From the IMG/VR virus record IMGVR_UViG_3300007643_000005, positions 1-41,415 of that record: a stretch of DNA of 41,415 nucleotides. One strand, 5' to 3'. The translations under genes and the position numbers were made by a program. The notes beneath the pieces were generated by a model, which made no database searches, was not told the origin of the DNA, and saw only the letters and a list, made by a program, of their open reading frames with translations. This stretch comes from a virus. Taxonomy: Duplodnaviria; Caudoviricetes. Position 1 is the stretch's first letter. Each line of letters starts with the position of its first letter. Below are positions 27,926 through 37,399 of the stretch, piece after piece.

Positions 27926-30268
27926 TCATCGATTCTCACCTGAATTTCTGTCTGTAAATGTATCTATCTTGCCGTTAAAGTTAGCAATCTGAGACGCCAT
28001 CCAAGCACCTTCTGTCTGCTCAGCACCGGGCCCATCATCATGTGGAATCCAACAGCGCTCACTTTTTTGCGAATTATTGCTGTAAATAACCTTCACAACT
28101 TTATAAGTCAGCAAATCAGGCTTATCACGCGCCTTTGAAATAATTTGAATGGACTTCTTAATAGTCTTGGTGAACTGCTCTTGATTAGGCGGGAAACGCT
28201 CTCCATTCAACGCTGACCAGTGTTTGAATACCTTGAATAGTTGGCCAGCCGAACACGCATGAAGAGGGAGAGGGAGATAACCAGAAACCCACTCGCGTAA
28301 GAACCGTTCAGCCGGACGCAACCCCAAATCAATTAAGTCGCGCTTGGCCGCAGTCATCGGTGGATGATCAAAGGCAGAAAATCCAGAAAGATCCAGTTTC
28401 TTCAGATAATGATAAAACGCCTCAATACCACCATTATCAAGACAATCAGCAACACGCTTATAAAGCCCATCGTTGCGCGCCGGTGGCGTGTAGATAACAA
28501 AATAACGACGGTCACCCACCTCTAGTGCCAATGGCTGATGCTCATTAGATAAAAACACCACATTCACATGATTCGCCTCAGTGCGAAGCGGCATCATCTT
28601 AGTGTTAATCTGTATCGTCTCGCCAGTGATGAATGCTTTCAACTTGTTTTTCTGATGATAAAGTTCCTGCCGTGCAACAACCTCATCACCAATCACAAAA
28701 AGCTTTTGTGAAGCCCAGTCGTTAAACTTATCTTCAATCTGCTCCTGGCCGACAACAACAGCATACCGACCGTAAATCTTAGCGATAATCTCAAAAAACA
28801 AATTCTTGCCTGCACCCTGCGGACCATGGAATACCAAAGCCGATCGCATCTTGGTACCAAGCCTTTGCAATGGCAAAGCCAGCCATTTCAACGTCCACTG
28901 AACAACAGCCGCAACATCATCCGGATTATCAGCAGAATCAGCGCACAAATGATAAAGCAGCTCCATAATCGGCTCACAATCACCATCAACAGGCACCATA
29001 GGAAGCCCATCAAACAAATTAATATCCGGAAGCTCACACCTACCAGAAGGATCAAAAATCAACTGATCCGGCAAAATCATGCGTCGCTTATCAGAAGCAA
29101 GCCACATCTTTACGTAATCAGCACCGGCAGCAAGTCGTAAATGATTAATCTTGACCACCATACGGCGACCAATATCAAAGCAAGTATCCGTCCCGTAAAT
29201 AAGTACAAACTCCTCAACCAAGCGATTAAACTTACCCCAATCGATTGGTTTTTTTTCTTTTGATTTAGGTTTGGATTTTGGCTTACGATCAATTGGAATG
29301 ACATTATCGACAGGCTCATCATTTTTGGAACAATTCTCATCAATGCACCCAGCCCTGTCGATACACTCACGCACAGCGGCCAAACCCAAATGCTGGTGCA
29401 AATCATTAAAGTCAGTTGCACTATCTGGACGATCATCACCAAAATCTGGTGTTGCAACAAATCCACCGACAACCTCAGCAACCTCAAGCGCTTTTGTAAC
29501 GCCTGGGTTACCATCCGTCTGATAATCATCATCAGCGCAAATAACAATCTTTACATCCGGAAAAGACTTTCGTATATCCTGACAAACCGGCAACAAATTA
29601 CCCGCATCAAAACAAACGAAAACATTTTCATCTATAGCAGCATGAACACTACAACCAGTCGCCCAACCCTCAACAACATAAGCAACCGAAAAATCTTCTT
29701 TAGATCCTTGCAGATGTGTAAAACAGCCCTTCTTTCGCCCACCCGTCAAAAATCGTTTATCACCGTTCGGCATGATGAACTGTAACGAGTGCAGCACACC
29801 ATTAACATCACGCAAAGGCAAAACCAGCATATTCCTGATCTGCTCAGCCCCAACCGGCCTGATTCCTTTCTTGACTAAATAACCATGCTTAGCATCAACA
29901 GTACCAGCGCGATCCCAAAGCTTAAACGCTTTATCCCTAGCACTCGCACGTAAAGTGACCTCCTCAGCCTCACGCAACGCACGCGCCTCATCCATACGTC
30001 TCTTATTTTCAAGTCGCTCGGATTTTGTGAGCTGCTTGTCAGACTTAGCACACCAGGCAGTAGTCTGCCCGGTCTTCCACGAACCAAAAGAACCGGCTGC
30101 GATGCCATCCAAAAACCACACATACCAGCCGTTCTTTTTGCCCTTACCATCACCCAAAACATGGCAACGATGAATTTTTCCATCGGCAATAATACTGCCT
30201 TTAATCTCAAGACCGGCAGCGCCGATAGCTGACAGGAATTCAATGCATGCATCAGGACGGGAAGTCAT
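27926..30268 (-). CDS. Primase-helicase (TOPRIM + SF3 / DUF5906-like helicase)
   Basis: VVEGWATG, ICADDD, ATDFNDL; Walker A GPQGAGKN, IGDE, DRRYFV. Confidence 0.9.
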   Translation of the reverse strand: MTSRPDACIEFLSAIGAAGLEIKGSIIADGKIHRCHVLGDGKGKKNGWYVWFLDGIAAGSFGSWKTGQTTAWCAKSDKQLTKSERLENKRRMDEARALREAEEVTLRASARDKAFKLWDRAGTVDAKHGYLVKKGIRPVGAEQIRNMLVLPLRDVNGVLHSLQFIMPNGDKRFLTGGRKKGCFTHLQGSKEDFSVAYVVEGWATGCSVHAAIDENVFVCFDAGNLLPVCQDIRKSFPDVKIVICADDDYQTDGNPGVTKALEVAEVVGGFVATPDFGDDRPDSATDFNDLHQHLGLAAVRECIDRAGCIDENCSKNDEPVDNVIPIDRKPKSKPKSKEKKPIDWGKFNRLVEEFVLIYGTDTCFDIGRRMVVKINHLRLAAGADYVKMWLASDKRRMILPDQLIFDPSGRCELPDINLFDGLPMVPVDGDCEPIMELLYHLCADSADNPDDVAAVVQWTLKWLALPLQRLGTKMRSALVFHGPQGAGKNLFFEIIAKIYGRYAVVVGQEQIEDKFNDWASQKLFVIGDEVVARQELYHQKNKLKAFITGETIQINTKMMPLRTEANHVNVVFLSNEHQPLALEVGDRRYFVIYTPPARNDGLYKRVADCLDNGGIEAFYHYLKKLDLSGFSAFDHPPMTAAKRDLIDLGLRPAERFLREWVSGYLPLPLHACSAGQLFKVFKHWSALNGERFPPNQEQFTKTIKKSIQIISKARDKPDLLTYKVVKVIYSNNSQKSERCWIPHDDGPGAEQTEGAWMASQIANFNGKIDTFTDRNSGENR

Positions 30269-30276
30269 TATCTGAT

Positions 30277-30468
30277 TTACTTAATCAAATACTGAACACC
30301 AAAAAACTGGCGAACCTCAAATTTTCCGCTTTGCACTCTTAAATACTGCTCAGTACCAAAACGCACTGCAAGCCAATAAACCCACTTGCGAGCACACATA
30401 GATGCTCTAAGCAATCTCATAAAACGTAGATGTCTCCGCTCAGACTCGGTCACTTTCATATTTAGCAT
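30277..30468 (-). CDS. Small basic hypothetical protein
   Basis: GGAGG RBS before the ATG at 30468. Confidence 0.5.
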   Translation of the reverse strand: MLNMKVTESERRHLRFMRLLRASMCARKWVYWLAVRFGTEQYLRVQSGKFEVRQFFGVQYLIK

Positions 30469-30508
30469 GCTTACCTCCATCGTTAAAAAACAAAAACCAC
30501 CTAACTCA

Positions 30509-30988
30509 CTATCTCCCCCCATTAGCCAAATAAATAACCTCTGCACGCTGCATAACCCTGGCGCGCACCTCACTGGCCTCACGCCATCGTTTCTTGAAAG
30601 CATGAAACTTTTTCAAATTCTTACGCGGATTAGCAACGAACTCTCGTAACTCCTGATCCGACTTACCCATCTTGTCACTGCGCTCAAGCAACAAATGCAA
30701 CAAATCATCATCAGAAATATCCTCAGGCACAACGCGAGGAATACAGAGCATCGAGCGCAAAAATGAAATCTCCTTAGCAAAATCATCCGTATTGACAATC
30801 GTTTGAATGATTAACATCTCATCAAGCCGCAAATGATGTGTCTCACAAGCTGGGTTCACCTTTTTATTTAAAGTCTCTTCGGTCATTTTGGGAAAACCCA
30901 TGCTGCGCATACGCAAAGCAACCACCCTACTACCGCCATCATGCGCATGAACCTTTGCGTGGATTACATCAAACAGGCTGCCACTCAT
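30509..30988 (-). CDS. CII-family (CP76-like) phage regulator
   Basis: GGSRVVALRM...LNKKVNP..ETHHLRLDE; downstream of cro. Confidence 0.75.
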   Translation of the reverse strand: MSGSLFDVIHAKVHAHDGGSRVVALRMRSMGFPKMTEETLNKKVNPACETHHLRLDEMLIIQTIVNTDDFAKEISFLRSMLCIPRVVPEDISDDDLLHLLLERSDKMGKSDQELREFVANPRKNLKKFHAFKKRWREASEVRARVMQRAEVIYLANGGR

Positions 30989-31200
30989 GTCCGACTCCTC
31001 ATAAAAAAAGCGTTTCAAAAAAAACCACAATCCTCTAACCTTATAAAACCGACCATACGGAACGAAACGTATGGCCGGAGTGCTTCACCAAGGGAGGAAT
31101 AAAAACGGATTTACCGTCATCAGCCCACTTTTAACCGAATAGGCACGGTGAACAGCAAAAAACTTGATATTTCTATTCGCTACACTGACGACATGAAAAC

Positions 31201-31407
31201 TTATGCAGATTTATTTGGTAAAAATACTTCCGGCTTAACAACTTTTAAATATCTAAGTTGTGGCTTGGGTATTCCTGAACCTTTACGCCACTTTGAAACC
31301 GCTTGAGGCGTGACTTCACATAATGCAGATACAGCAACAGTCCCCCCCATTAAGTCAATTAATCTGGAATGCTCTTCGTGCGCTTCTGAAAGGTTTGTAT
31401 GTTCCAT
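31201..31407 (-). CDS. cro: Cro-like HTH regulator
   Basis: LIDLMGGTVAVSALCEVTPQAVSKW; divergent from the repressor. Confidence 0.85.
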   Translation of the reverse strand: MEHTNLSEAHEEHSRLIDLMGGTVAVSALCEVTPQAVSKWRKGSGIPKPQLRYLKVVKPEVFLPNKSA

Positions 31408-31414
31408 AACTCAC

Positions 31415-31479
31415 ATTGTAACCATAGTTACCATATAAAAGCAAATTATAGTTTAACTAATTTATGTAACTATGCTCAC
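31415..31479. promoter_or_regulatory. OR operators and PR
   Basis: GTAACCATAGTTAC (31418-31431) and GTAACTATGCTCAC (31466-31479); minus-strand TACAAT 7 nt before the cro ATG. Confidence 0.75.
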
Positions 31480-31869
31480 ATGGAAACGATTGGACAGAGA
31501 ATTAAGAAAAGAAGAGAAGAGGCAAAGGTGTCTCAGCAATACGTTGCCGATAAGGTAGGCGTTAGCCGTGTTGCTGTAACAAAATGGGAAAGCGGCCAAA
31601 CATCTAATTTGAAATTAGGTAACCTTATGAGGTTGTGCAAGCTGCTCGATATTTCGGTTGAGTATCTGATTTACGGTGAAATAAAAAATGATGTAAAAAA
31701 ACCCCTAAAATTCCTGTCTAAAAAAGAATTGGATGCGAGAGAAATAAACGAAGATTTACTTGGCCCAGAAATGACCGGTGATGATGTTACCGTTATTAAA
31801 AGTGTTGTTAAAGGTCTTAAAGTCAGCAAAACCAAGAAAGAGGAACAAGTTAAAAACGATGATAAATAA
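31480..31869 (+). CDS. cI: CI-like XRE repressor (no S24 peptidase domain)
   Basis: METIGQRIKKRR..AKVSQQYVADKVGVSRVAVTKWESG; 129 aa from ATG 31480. Confidence 0.85.
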   Translation: METIGQRIKKRREEAKVSQQYVADKVGVSRVAVTKWESGQTSNLKLGNLMRLCKLLDISVEYLIYGEIKNDVKKPLKFLSKKELDAREINEDLLGPEMTGDDVTVIKSVVKGLKVSKTKKEEQVKNDDK

Positions 31870-32379
31870 TATCCATGAAATAAAGCAAACCTGCAAAATA
31901 GATGAATGCAAATGCAAGAAATAAGGATTACTGAGAATTGCTAGAAACCAAAAAGGGGCACTAGGCCCCGATCTGGCAAAACTAAGGCGTTACTTGCTTG
32001 AATTAAATATATCGGCACAAATTTAAATTAATTAAGAAAGTTTTCTAAAAAAACTCAATGGAATGAAAGACTGATTAATTGATACCAGGCGTGACAAATA
32101 TCACAAAAGCTTTAATTAATAGACAAACATGCTGGTATTTATTATTGACAAATGTTACCTAAATAGAGTACTTTACGCTCGCAAAGAAGTTTTAATGAAA
32201 ATTCAACTAAATTATCCAGTATAGGCTCCGTTGTTGAGCAGACAATGAGGTTTTAGATAAAAAATAAGTTGTTACAGAATTTAATGATAGCTGTCAGTAG
32301 CGGCAGTGATTTTTTAACAAGAGTCTACGCAAGGAACATTGGAATTAAAAAGCAGTATCACAGCAAGGAGGAAATCAAC

Positions 32380-32595
32380 ATGAGCGAGAACGAAGTAAAA
32401 GTAATTGTATTTGATAACCTCAGACAACGATCCAACGTTGTTGGAGAGGAGTATGAGAGTGTTAGAGTGAAGATAAAACCATTTAATGCAAGTAACGCTA
32501 AAGGCGTTCTACGCCAAATCTGCGACATGAACGAAATTAAAGACATCGCTATATCAGCGGCAAACAGCACAAAAATGATCATGAGTTCTAAATAA
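32380..32595 (+). CDS. Small hypothetical protein (possible antitoxin)
   Basis: AAGGAGG RBS before the ATG at 32380; 71 aa. Confidence 0.55.
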   Translation: MSENEVKVIVFDNLRQRSNVVGEEYESVRVKIKPFNASNAKGVLRQICDMNEIKDIAISAANSTKMIMSSK

Positions 32596-32611
32596 GAATC
32601 AAAATAATTAC

Positions 32612-32640
32612 AAAAATGCTCCTTTTAAAGGAGCATTTTT
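32612..32640. terminator. Bidirectional hairpin
   Basis: AAAAATGCTCCTTT-T-AAAGGAGCATTTTT. Confidence 0.7.
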
Positions 32641-32656
32641 ATTATCAGGATAAGTT

Positions 32657-33190
32657 ATGCCGCAATTTCTTTTTAACGATGACCCGCTACATGACACAGT
32701 CTTTGTGTTGAATTTCATAGACAACTACACCAAAGAACTGGGATTAGGACCAATAGAATTGGACACAAGAATTATTGAAAGTGTAATTAAGTCATGCCGG
32801 ATAGACTTCCCTCATAAAGACGGACTAGACAAAGCCAGCGCTTTCAAAAAAGTATCCAACTTCATCTGCTTCTTTATCAGTGAAAGGCCAATCCTTAGTC
32901 CATTTGAAAACGGATTACTTGAGGATATTTCGTCAATAAACAATCACCAAAACGCAATAATTGGCTTCGAGCTTGCAAGAGCAGCCCTTCATAACTCAAC
33001 AATTCTCATGAGTAGCAACGATATTGTTCTCATAAAAAACCCAATAAAACTTTCAAAGCATTCTTATATTGACATAATTGATGCCTTATCCAACGTCACG
33101 CCGGTACATCATTTTAAAGTTGTTTCAGTATTACTTGAACAACTAGTGTACAAAACGAACGAGAATTGCCAGTACAGCATTACAGCGTAG
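32657..33190 (+). CDS. Hypothetical protein, degenerate Doc/Fido-like
   Basis: IELDTRIIESVI...AFKKVSNFICFFISERPI...HQNAIIGF parallels the Doc helix layout but lacks HPFxDGNxR. Confidence 0.45.
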   Translation: MPQFLFNDDPLHDTVFVLNFIDNYTKELGLGPIELDTRIIESVIKSCRIDFPHKDGLDKASAFKKVSNFICFFISERPILSPFENGLLEDISSINNHQNAIIGFELARAALHNSTILMSSNDIVLIKNPIKLSKHSYIDIIDALSNVTPVHHFKVVSVLLEQLVYKTNENCQYSITA

Positions 33191-33251
33191 CCTAGAACCC
33201 ACATAACCCCTCCAAACTCGCCCTAAGCGGGTTATTTATTTTCCACCAAAC

Positions 33252-33929
33252 TTATCTAGCACCAAGCCTACGACGATTGACCGCTATCATACCTGTTAAG
33301 CCTATACCAAGTAAAAGAAATACAGTCGGCTCGGGTATTTGCGCAAAAACATCGCCGCCTTGCATTGCTAAAATACGAAGTTCAGCTTCTGGAGGCCATA
33401 AAAATGCTGTTTGATAAGCATCAAATTGAGATTGGCGCAAACCGTTTGGGGCACCAAGAGAAAAGCCAATTCCGAGTGGACCTGTAGGAAAAGGGCCTGG
33501 ACAAGGAAAGCCACTGCAAACAAGCGGAGAGCCAACTGACCAATATAATTGATTGCCACCAAAAGCATCAAGAAAAGAAGGTGCTTGTACTAATTCGTCA
33601 ATTAGAAAATCTACTTCCGAACTAAAGCCGTTAAACCATCGGCTGGTTTCATCGGTAGCATCCCACCCCGTAACGCCAGCAACATTCAAATTGGTCAGCC
33701 AATCAACGGTATTAGCATAAGTAACCCGGCCGTCATTATTAGATATTCCGTTATCGAAAGCATTAGGACTGGCTGCGCTAGAATCTGCCAACCAGGTAAT
33801 ATTCCGCTCTACGTCGTATACAGCCTTACCGCCTAATCTAAGTTCCAATGTGGCATTTGCTGTTGTGGTCATAAAAATTGCAATAACCCCAACGCCGAGT
33901 AATTCTTTTACATTCTTTATATATTTCAC
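33252..33929 (-). CDS. PEP-CTERM sorting-domain exported protein
   Basis: Signal peptide (..ANA-T); LELRLGG.AVYD..NITWLAD; C-terminal IPEPT + TM + RRR. Confidence 0.92.
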   Translation of the reverse strand: MKYIKNVKELLGVGVIAIFMTTTANATLELRLGGKAVYDVERNITWLADSSAASPNAFDNGISNNDGRVTYANTVDWLTNLNVAGVTGWDATDETSRWFNGFSSEVDFLIDELVQAPSFLDAFGGNQLYWSVGSPLVCSGFPCPGPFPTGPLGIGFSLGAPNGLRQSQFDAYQTAFLWPPEAELRILAMQGGDVFAQIPEPTVFLLLGIGLTGMIAVNRRRLGAR

Positions 33930-33974
33930 TTTTTATTCCCCTTTTTTATGCGGCATTCCCGTTTATTTTATAAA

Positions 33975-34068
33975 GCAAGATTTATACCTTATTTTTACTT
34001 GATTGTTTATTAGGGAACTATTATTGGTGCGGTTAAGCTGCTCAAGGTGAATGTAAAATAAATCGACA
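33975..34068 (-). promoter_or_regulatory. Sigma54 promoter plus upstream enhancer-like site
   Basis: GG-TATAAATCTT-GC (GG-N10-GC, 33975-33988); TGTAAAATAAATCGACA (TGT-N11-ACA, 34052-34068). Confidence 0.65.
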
Positions 34069-34156
34069 CTTTTAGTTTTAGTTATTAGGCCTATCCACCA
34101 CACGCTTTTGCGTGTTTTTTTTCATCTTGATCTTTAAAATTAATCACCATTAATGT

Positions 34157-34198
34157 GTAACTATGGTTGACATTATCTTAAATCGTAACTATAGTTAC
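34157..34198 (+). promoter_or_regulatory. PL promoter with OL operators
   Basis: TTGACA-17-TATAGT (34167-34195), overlapped by GTAACTATGGTTGA and the perfect palindrome GTAACTATAGTTAC, matching OR. Confidence 0.85.
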
Positions 34199-34294
34199 AT
34201 ACATCAACACCAAAACACCATGGTTATTTTATGGCGCAGGTGAGCAACAAAATGTTGAGTCTCGTTTTAATGACTAAGACTGGAAAGGAAGATT

Positions 34295-34561
34295 ATGAAT
34301 AAAGTTATCACATTAATTTCATTAGTTTTGCTCGCATCACTGATGGCGACAAGCGTTAACGCAGGATCTCAGGAGAAAAGAAACCAAGATGTATTTAACC
34401 TGTGCATTCATGAAGTTTACCCGCCCATCGTAGACGCAACCGGGAAAGTGTTTTTTCTAAGTGCTTATATAACTGATTTCATGCAATGCCTAAGAAAAAG
34501 AGGATACCAACACCCAGAAGAAGAGGTTAAAAGCAATGAATATGACAATTTAGATTCTTGA
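34295..34561 (+). CDS. Small exported protein
   Basis: Signal peptide ending VNA-G; two Cys; first gene after PL. Confidence 0.6.
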   Translation: MNKVITLISLVLLASLMATSVNAGSQEKRNQDVFNLCIHEVYPPIVDATGKVFFLSAYITDFMQCLRKRGYQHPEEEVKSNEYDNLDS

Positions 34562-34575
34562 TAAGAAAAATAAGT

Positions 34576-35241
34576 ATGAACGAAAACACCAGAGAAATTT
34601 ATTTCAACTACAAGGCGGGAAATATGAAGATTTATAAACGGGATAACCAAAGGGTGACAGCGGCACTAGTACTAAATCACCCGGACGCCATAAGAAATCT
34701 TAGGGCCATGAACATAATTAGTGACGGCGATAAAGTAAGCCTATTAAGCCAGTCTGTGGACATAGTTAAAGAAAACGGCATCGGCTTAAGCTTCCCTGTG
34801 GGGCATTACGTAACGGTAGACGATTCAGGCAATATCTCTTGTTTTTCTGAAGCCTATTTCAAACTCACGCATGAGGAGGATCAGACAATGAACAATCACA
34901 GACACACACCAACCAAAGAAATACCCAGCCCAATTAGCGAAATAACACCGCCAAACAAAGTCTTCTATGACTTCAATCAAGGCATAGAAACCATTATCAA
35001 GTTCATAGACCTAGACCTGAATGACAATAAAGTAGCTGAGCACATCAAACCTGACCTGCGGGCTTTACGCGCAATTATTGAGGCATTGAATACGAATTAT
35101 CCATTCACTGAAAACCCAAATAATGCAGACGCGATGGAACGAAAATTTCTCCGAGAAAACGCTTTAACTAACATTACCAGACAGATGTTAACTATTGTTG
35201 AAGATAACGTAAACGGCAAATACGACCAACCGCGAGCATAA
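34576..35241 (+). CDS. Hypothetical early protein (possible two-gene fusion)
   Basis: Internal GAGGAGG + ATG at 34888. Confidence 0.55.
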   Translation: MNENTREIYFNYKAGNMKIYKRDNQRVTAALVLNHPDAIRNLRAMNIISDGDKVSLLSQSVDIVKENGIGLSFPVGHYVTVDDSGNISCFSEAYFKLTHEEDQTMNNHRHTPTKEIPSPISEITPPNKVFYDFNQGIETIIKFIDLDLNDNKVAEHIKPDLRALRAIIEALNTNYPFTENPNNADAMERKFLRENALTNITRQMLTIVEDNVNGKYDQPRA

Positions 35242-35246
35242 TCACC

Positions 35247-35738
35247 ATGAACACCCAACAAAATATCAAAGCAACCCACTGGGGTTTTAACTTCGGAAAT
35301 TTGGCGCCAAACATTAACACGGATAACGCGAGAATAATTGTTGAACCGTTGCCGAAGAATAAAAAAAGCAAACCACGTTCAAAAAACAGATTTTACCCAA
35401 TCAAGAAAAAGCGCATTGCAATAAAAACGCAAATTGCAGTAATGCTAATGATGCTAAGAAGCCGTAAAAGCACGCGCCAAATGTATAACGCATTATTAAA
35501 AAAAGGCTTACTAACAGACCACAAAAACGCGGTATTTCAATTCTCAGGCTTTGAAGCAATCGCCAGTGAAGTACGCAATCAAATCTTTCCCGAAAGAAAA
35601 ACGAGAAGGCAAGCAGCCGCAGAATTATTCGATCAAGGCAAAACCAGAGCGGAAATACAAGAAACCTTAAATGCAACAAGAGTGCAAATTTATGAAGCAC
35701 TAGTCAGAACCGGAAGAATCATCCCATCGAAACTCTAA
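35247..35738 (+). CDS. Basic protein with C-terminal HTH
   Basis: ELFDQGKTRAEIQETLNATRVQIYEAL. Confidence 0.6.
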   Translation: MNTQQNIKATHWGFNFGNLAPNINTDNARIIVEPLPKNKKSKPRSKNRFYPIKKKRIAIKTQIAVMLMMLRSRKSTRQMYNALLKKGLLTDHKNAVFQFSGFEAIASEVRNQIFPERKTRRQAAAELFDQGKTRAEIQETLNATRVQIYEALVRTGRIIPSKL

Positions 35739-35752
35739 AGCGAGGAAAAACC

Positions 35753-35935
35753 ATGATATTCGACCTAAAAAATTACAGTCCACCCAACCAAAAAACAGCA
35801 ACAAACAACGTAATCGCCATAGCAGGAATCGTAATCCTGATACTAATACTAAGCTGGATGGAAGAACGTGACCGGCAAAGCTTCGAAGGGCAAATCAAAA
35901 CCTCAGCTACGCAATGCGAGTCTGCGCAGATTTGA
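35753..35935 (+). CDS. Small single-TM protein
   Basis: GAGG RBS; VIAIAGIVILILILSW. Confidence 0.55.
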   Translation: MIFDLKNYSPPNQKTATNNVIAIAGIVILILILSWMEERDRQSFEGQIKTSATQCESAQI

Positions 35936-35960
35936 TAACAACAAAATGATCGGAGAAGGT

Positions 35961-36434
35961 ATGAACATAAGAGCCGCATTAAAAAACGTAATAGATCCAG
36001 GTCTTGCGCTTTTACCAGAAAAAATGAATACACCTGAATCAGTAGCTATGCTTTTAACAATTGGGCAGCAAGAATCAAGATTCAAGTTCAGGAGGCAAGT
36101 GCGTGGGCCAGCGCATGGATTCTATCAATTCGAATCTGGCGGCGGCGTTCACGGCGTATTAACTCATAAAGCATCTCGTCCATACATATATCTTATCCTG
36201 GAATCGTTAGAAGTAAACGAAACAGAGCTGTATGAATCAATTATCTACAATGACGCTCTAGCAACTGTATGTGCGAGATTGCTTCTGTATACCGACCCTC
36301 ACCCATTGCCGGCATTAAATACCGATCCAGAAGAGTCATGGAGTTATTACATAAGAAACTGGCGGCCTGGCAAACCTCATCGTCAAACCTGGGATATCTA
36401 CAGAATGAATGCTGTTAAATATATTAACGGATGA
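35961..36434 (+). CDS. Lysozyme-like / transglycosylase-like (endolysin-type) protein
   Basis: IGQQESRF..RRQ..GPAHGFYQFE and WRPGKPH; ES catalytic and GxxQ motifs. Confidence 0.7.
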   Translation: MNIRAALKNVIDPGLALLPEKMNTPESVAMLLTIGQQESRFKFRRQVRGPAHGFYQFESGGGVHGVLTHKASRPYIYLILESLEVNETELYESIIYNDALATVCARLLLYTDPHPLPALNTDPEESWSYYIRNWRPGKPHRQTWDIYRMNAVKYING

Positions 36435-36441
36435 TATAACA

Positions 36442-36975
36442 ATGAGTGAAACCATGGCAACCAAAGAGCTGCGATATCGCCATTTTATTGTGAAAGTTTA
36501 TGGATGGATGTTTGTTCGCCCAAGACGATGGTTTTTCCACAGGATGGTTTGTGCATCATATCCCCGCTGGAAGATTAAGAAAGAGGACTACTTTGGGTGG
36601 ACGTTTCCTAATATACATTGGTACGTACTTTATATCACCGTGTTTAATTTTTTTACATGGATTCATTATGACGGGTGGCGACCTTTTTGTAATTGGGAAG
36701 GAGGATATCGCAGAACATACCCGTTAATAGCACGCATCATTCATAAGATAGGCTCTACAACAGCAGGATATGCGATAAGTGGCGGTGAATGTTTCCACTG
36801 TGGAAGTGAAGAAGGCAACCCCTCTGAACTAGCAGATGATGAATCAGGAACAACCTTTAAACTGAAAGAAACATGGTCAATTGGAACTCAGGAAGGCACA
36901 GATCATAGGTTTTGTGGAACAACTATTTGTCCAAATTGCGGACACGAGGGGTATTACGAAGATGGCTCGCTATGA
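36442..36975 (+). CDS. Trp-rich protein with two CxxC motifs
   Basis: CFHC and CPNC. Confidence 0.55.
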   Translation: MSETMATKELRYRHFIVKVYGWMFVRPRRWFFHRMVCASYPRWKIKKEDYFGWTFPNIHWYVLYITVFNFFTWIHYDGWRPFCNWEGGYRRTYPLIARIIHKIGSTTAGYAISGGECFHCGSEEGNPSELADDESGTTFKLKETWSIGTQEGTDHRFCGTTICPNCGHEGYYEDGSL

Positions 36976-37027
36976 CAACCTAGACAAACTGCCAAAATCG
37001 TATGCCGCCTAATATGAGGACAATATA

Positions 37028-37339
37028 ATGCAACCCCAAGAAATAGAAGCAATAGAAAAATTGACTCAGGCTCTGATAGATAATGCTCAGGTCATGACTC
37101 AAGCAATTACAGCACAAAAAACGGACGTAACGCTTGACGGTGATTTGTGGGACTCTAAGCAATGTGCAAAGTACTTGCGCATCAGTCCTGACACTTTCAC
37201 GCAATACACTGCAGTTCTGCCAAGCTTCCCTAAAGTTTTGGATATTCCGTCTGCCCGTGGCGTAAAAAAATCAGGCCAACATAGATGGATTGCTGAAAAA
37301 GTTAAGACCTGGGCACTGTCTCACGAACGAAAAAAATAA
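37028..37339 (+). CDS. xis: Excisionase / AlpA-like winged HTH
   Basis: LWDSKQCAKYL...FPK...HRWIAEKVKTW; adjacent to att. Confidence 0.78.
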   Translation: MQPQEIEAIEKLTQALIDNAQVMTQAITAQKTDVTLDGDLWDSKQCAKYLRISPDTFTQYTAVLPSFPKVLDIPSARGVKKSGQHRWIAEKVKTWALSHERKK

Positions 37340-37399
37340 CATTATGTACGGAATAATTACGGAAATTATACCTGAAAGCCTTTATTTACAAGGAACATG

